Origin: an uncultured Nitrospiraceae bacterium
GTDB lineage: Bacteria; Nitrospirota; Thermodesulfovibrionia; Thermodesulfovibrionales; Dissulfurispiraceae
Assembly (NCBI GenBank): GCA_963705105.1
Contig: CAVPIW010000009.1
Coordinates: forward strand, 1 to 64,000
Direction of reading: 5' to 3'
DNA: 64,000 bases
Shown here: positions 62,623-64,000 of the stretch, piece after piece
How positions within the stretch are numbered: the first letter of the stretch is position 1
Layout of the letters: the number at the start of each line of letters is the position of its first letter
The notes under the pieces: generated by a model
The model's input: only the letters and a program-made list of their open reading frames with translations
Databases searched by the model: none
What the model was told of the DNA's origin: nothing
Translations under genes and position numbers: made by a program

Positions 62623-63726
62623 CTACCTCTCCCTGGAGCCGGCGATGAACTCCTCGACCCTGCTGTGGGCCTCTTCGTCTGTGCACTGCGTTTTCGGGTG
62701 TTTCATAAAGTATGCCGACGGTGACAGGAGAAGGCCCTCCGTCCCCCTGTCGCGCGCGATCCTGCAGCACCGGATGGCGTCGATGACGACACCGGCGCTG
62801 TTCGGTGAATCCTCGACGGAGAGCCTGAGCTCAAAGTGCATCGGCATGTTGCCGAAACCGGCCCCTTCGATGCGGATGAAGCAGACCTTGTTGTCATTGA
62901 GCCAGGGGACATAGTCCGACGGGCCGATATGTATGTTTTCATTCATGAGCTGGTGGGTGATCTGGGAGTGAACGGCTTCTGTCTTCGATATCTTCTTGGA
63001 TTTCAGCCTCTGGTTGTTGAGCATGTTCAGGAAATCCGTGTTTCCTCCCACATTGAGCTGGTAGGTATGGTTCACTGTGACTCCGCGGTCCATGAAGAGC
63101 TTCGCCAGGGTCCGGTGTATGATCGTCGCGCCGATCTGGGACTTCACGTCATCGCCGATGAGCTGGAGCCCCTTTTCTTCGAAGCGGCGGATCCATTCGT
63201 CGTCGGAGGCGATGAAGACGGGGATGCAGTTGATGAAGGCCACGCCCGCTTCAAGACACGCATTGGCATAAAACCGCGTCGCCTGCTCGGACCCGACGGG
63301 CAGGTAGTTCAGGAGCATCTCGGCGCCGCTGTCCCGCAGCACCTGCGCCACGTCGCAGGGTTTCTCCTTCGCCTCGATGAACCTCCTGTCTTCAGGATAA
63401 TCCGCCATGTGCGGCGAAATGCCGTCGAGCACCTCACCCATCATGACCGTCACGGGATAGTCGGGCAGGCCGGGGAAAAAGACCTTGGTGCAGTTCGGCT
63501 TCGAAAAGACCGCCTCCCGTAAAGGTCTCCCCACCTTCCTGGCGTCCACGTCGAATGCCGCGACGACCTCTATGTCTTCAGGCCTGTATCCGCCGAGATC
63601 GTAGTGCATGAGACCGGGAGGCCGGTCGTTCCGGCCCGTCTGCCGCGACCGGTAGTATTCGATGCCCTGGATCAGAGAACTGGCGCAATTCCCGATACCG
63701 GCTATCGCAATGCGTATGGCGCCCAT
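62623..63726 (-). CDS. ino1: Inositol-3-phosphate synthase
   Basis: [43 protein letters not shown]. Confidence 0.95.
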   Translation of the reverse strand: MGAIRIAIAGIGNCASSLIQGIEYYRSRQTGRNDRPPGLMHYDLGGYRPEDIEVVAAFDVDARKVGRPLREAVFSKPNCTKVFFPGLPDYPVTVMMGEVLDGISPHMADYPEDRRFIEAKEKPCDVAQVLRDSGAEMLLNYLPVGSEQATRFYANACLEAGVAFINCIPVFIASDDEWIRRFEEKGLQLIGDDVKSQIGATIIHRTLAKLFMDRGVTVNHTYQLNVGGNTDFLNMLNNQRLKSKKISKTEAVHSQITHQLMNENIHIGPSDYVPWLNDNKVCFIRIEGAGFGNMPMHFELRLSVEDSPNSAGVVIDAIRCCRIARDRGTEGLLLSPSAYFMKHPKTQCTDEEAHSRVEEFIAGSRER

Positions 63727-63786
63727 CGTTGCATTATCTCCTTGTCACCTTCGTTATATCCGCTCTATCACTGCATGAACCTTATC

Positions 63787-63985
63787 GATGCAATACACTC
63801 CCGGGAAGGGAGGGGTGTATGCGCCGAAAACCTTGCTGCGGCGACACCGTAACCCTCACGGAAGACAACCTTTCAAGCCAATGGTCGATCAAACAAAAAG
63901 CAGAATCCTGAAAAACAAACCTAACGAGGCTTATCGTCGCCTTCAGCAAGGCTTTGAGGCGCTTCGCCCCTCCCTTCTATGCAAC
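63787..63985 (+). repeat. Palindromic element copy R9 (type A' core)
   Basis: GATGCA...GAAGGGAGGGG...CCCCTCCCTTC-taTGCAAC; close to R3/R4 with an extra 10 bp. Confidence 0.85.
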
Positions 63986-64000
63986 AAGGTGAAGAGGCTG

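Overview
The window joins two unrelated sequences. Bases 1-~4804 are very GC-rich and actinobacterial-like (recN, MraY/GT4-like, steA, mctB-like, murJ, all minus strand), and every gene there is frameshifted. From ~4805 the DNA is lower in GC and looks like an anaerobic Nitrospirota/Desulfobacterota-type chromosome (my inference from gene content). It carries housekeeping genes (rpsU, tRNA-Arg, hisC/hisB, thyX, thrC, glgP, tsaD, dcd, hypABC, tadA, ino1), two multiheme cytochrome/quinol-oxidoreductase operons that each adjoin a CxxCH-bearing sensor kinase, and system II cytochrome c biogenesis genes. A decaying integron at ~32.9-39.3 kb has an intI remnant, degenerate attC sites, an ISL3 insertion and a 1528-bp tandem duplication. 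The most unusual signal is a family of nine intergenic, modular palindromic elements of about 170-340 bp. Their terminal stems covary, several end in GTTGCA...TGCAAC, and they carry two alternative inner modules. A possible orphan IS110 bridge-RNA-like structure lies at ~31.35-31.51 kb. All calls come from reading the sequence only; no searches were run.
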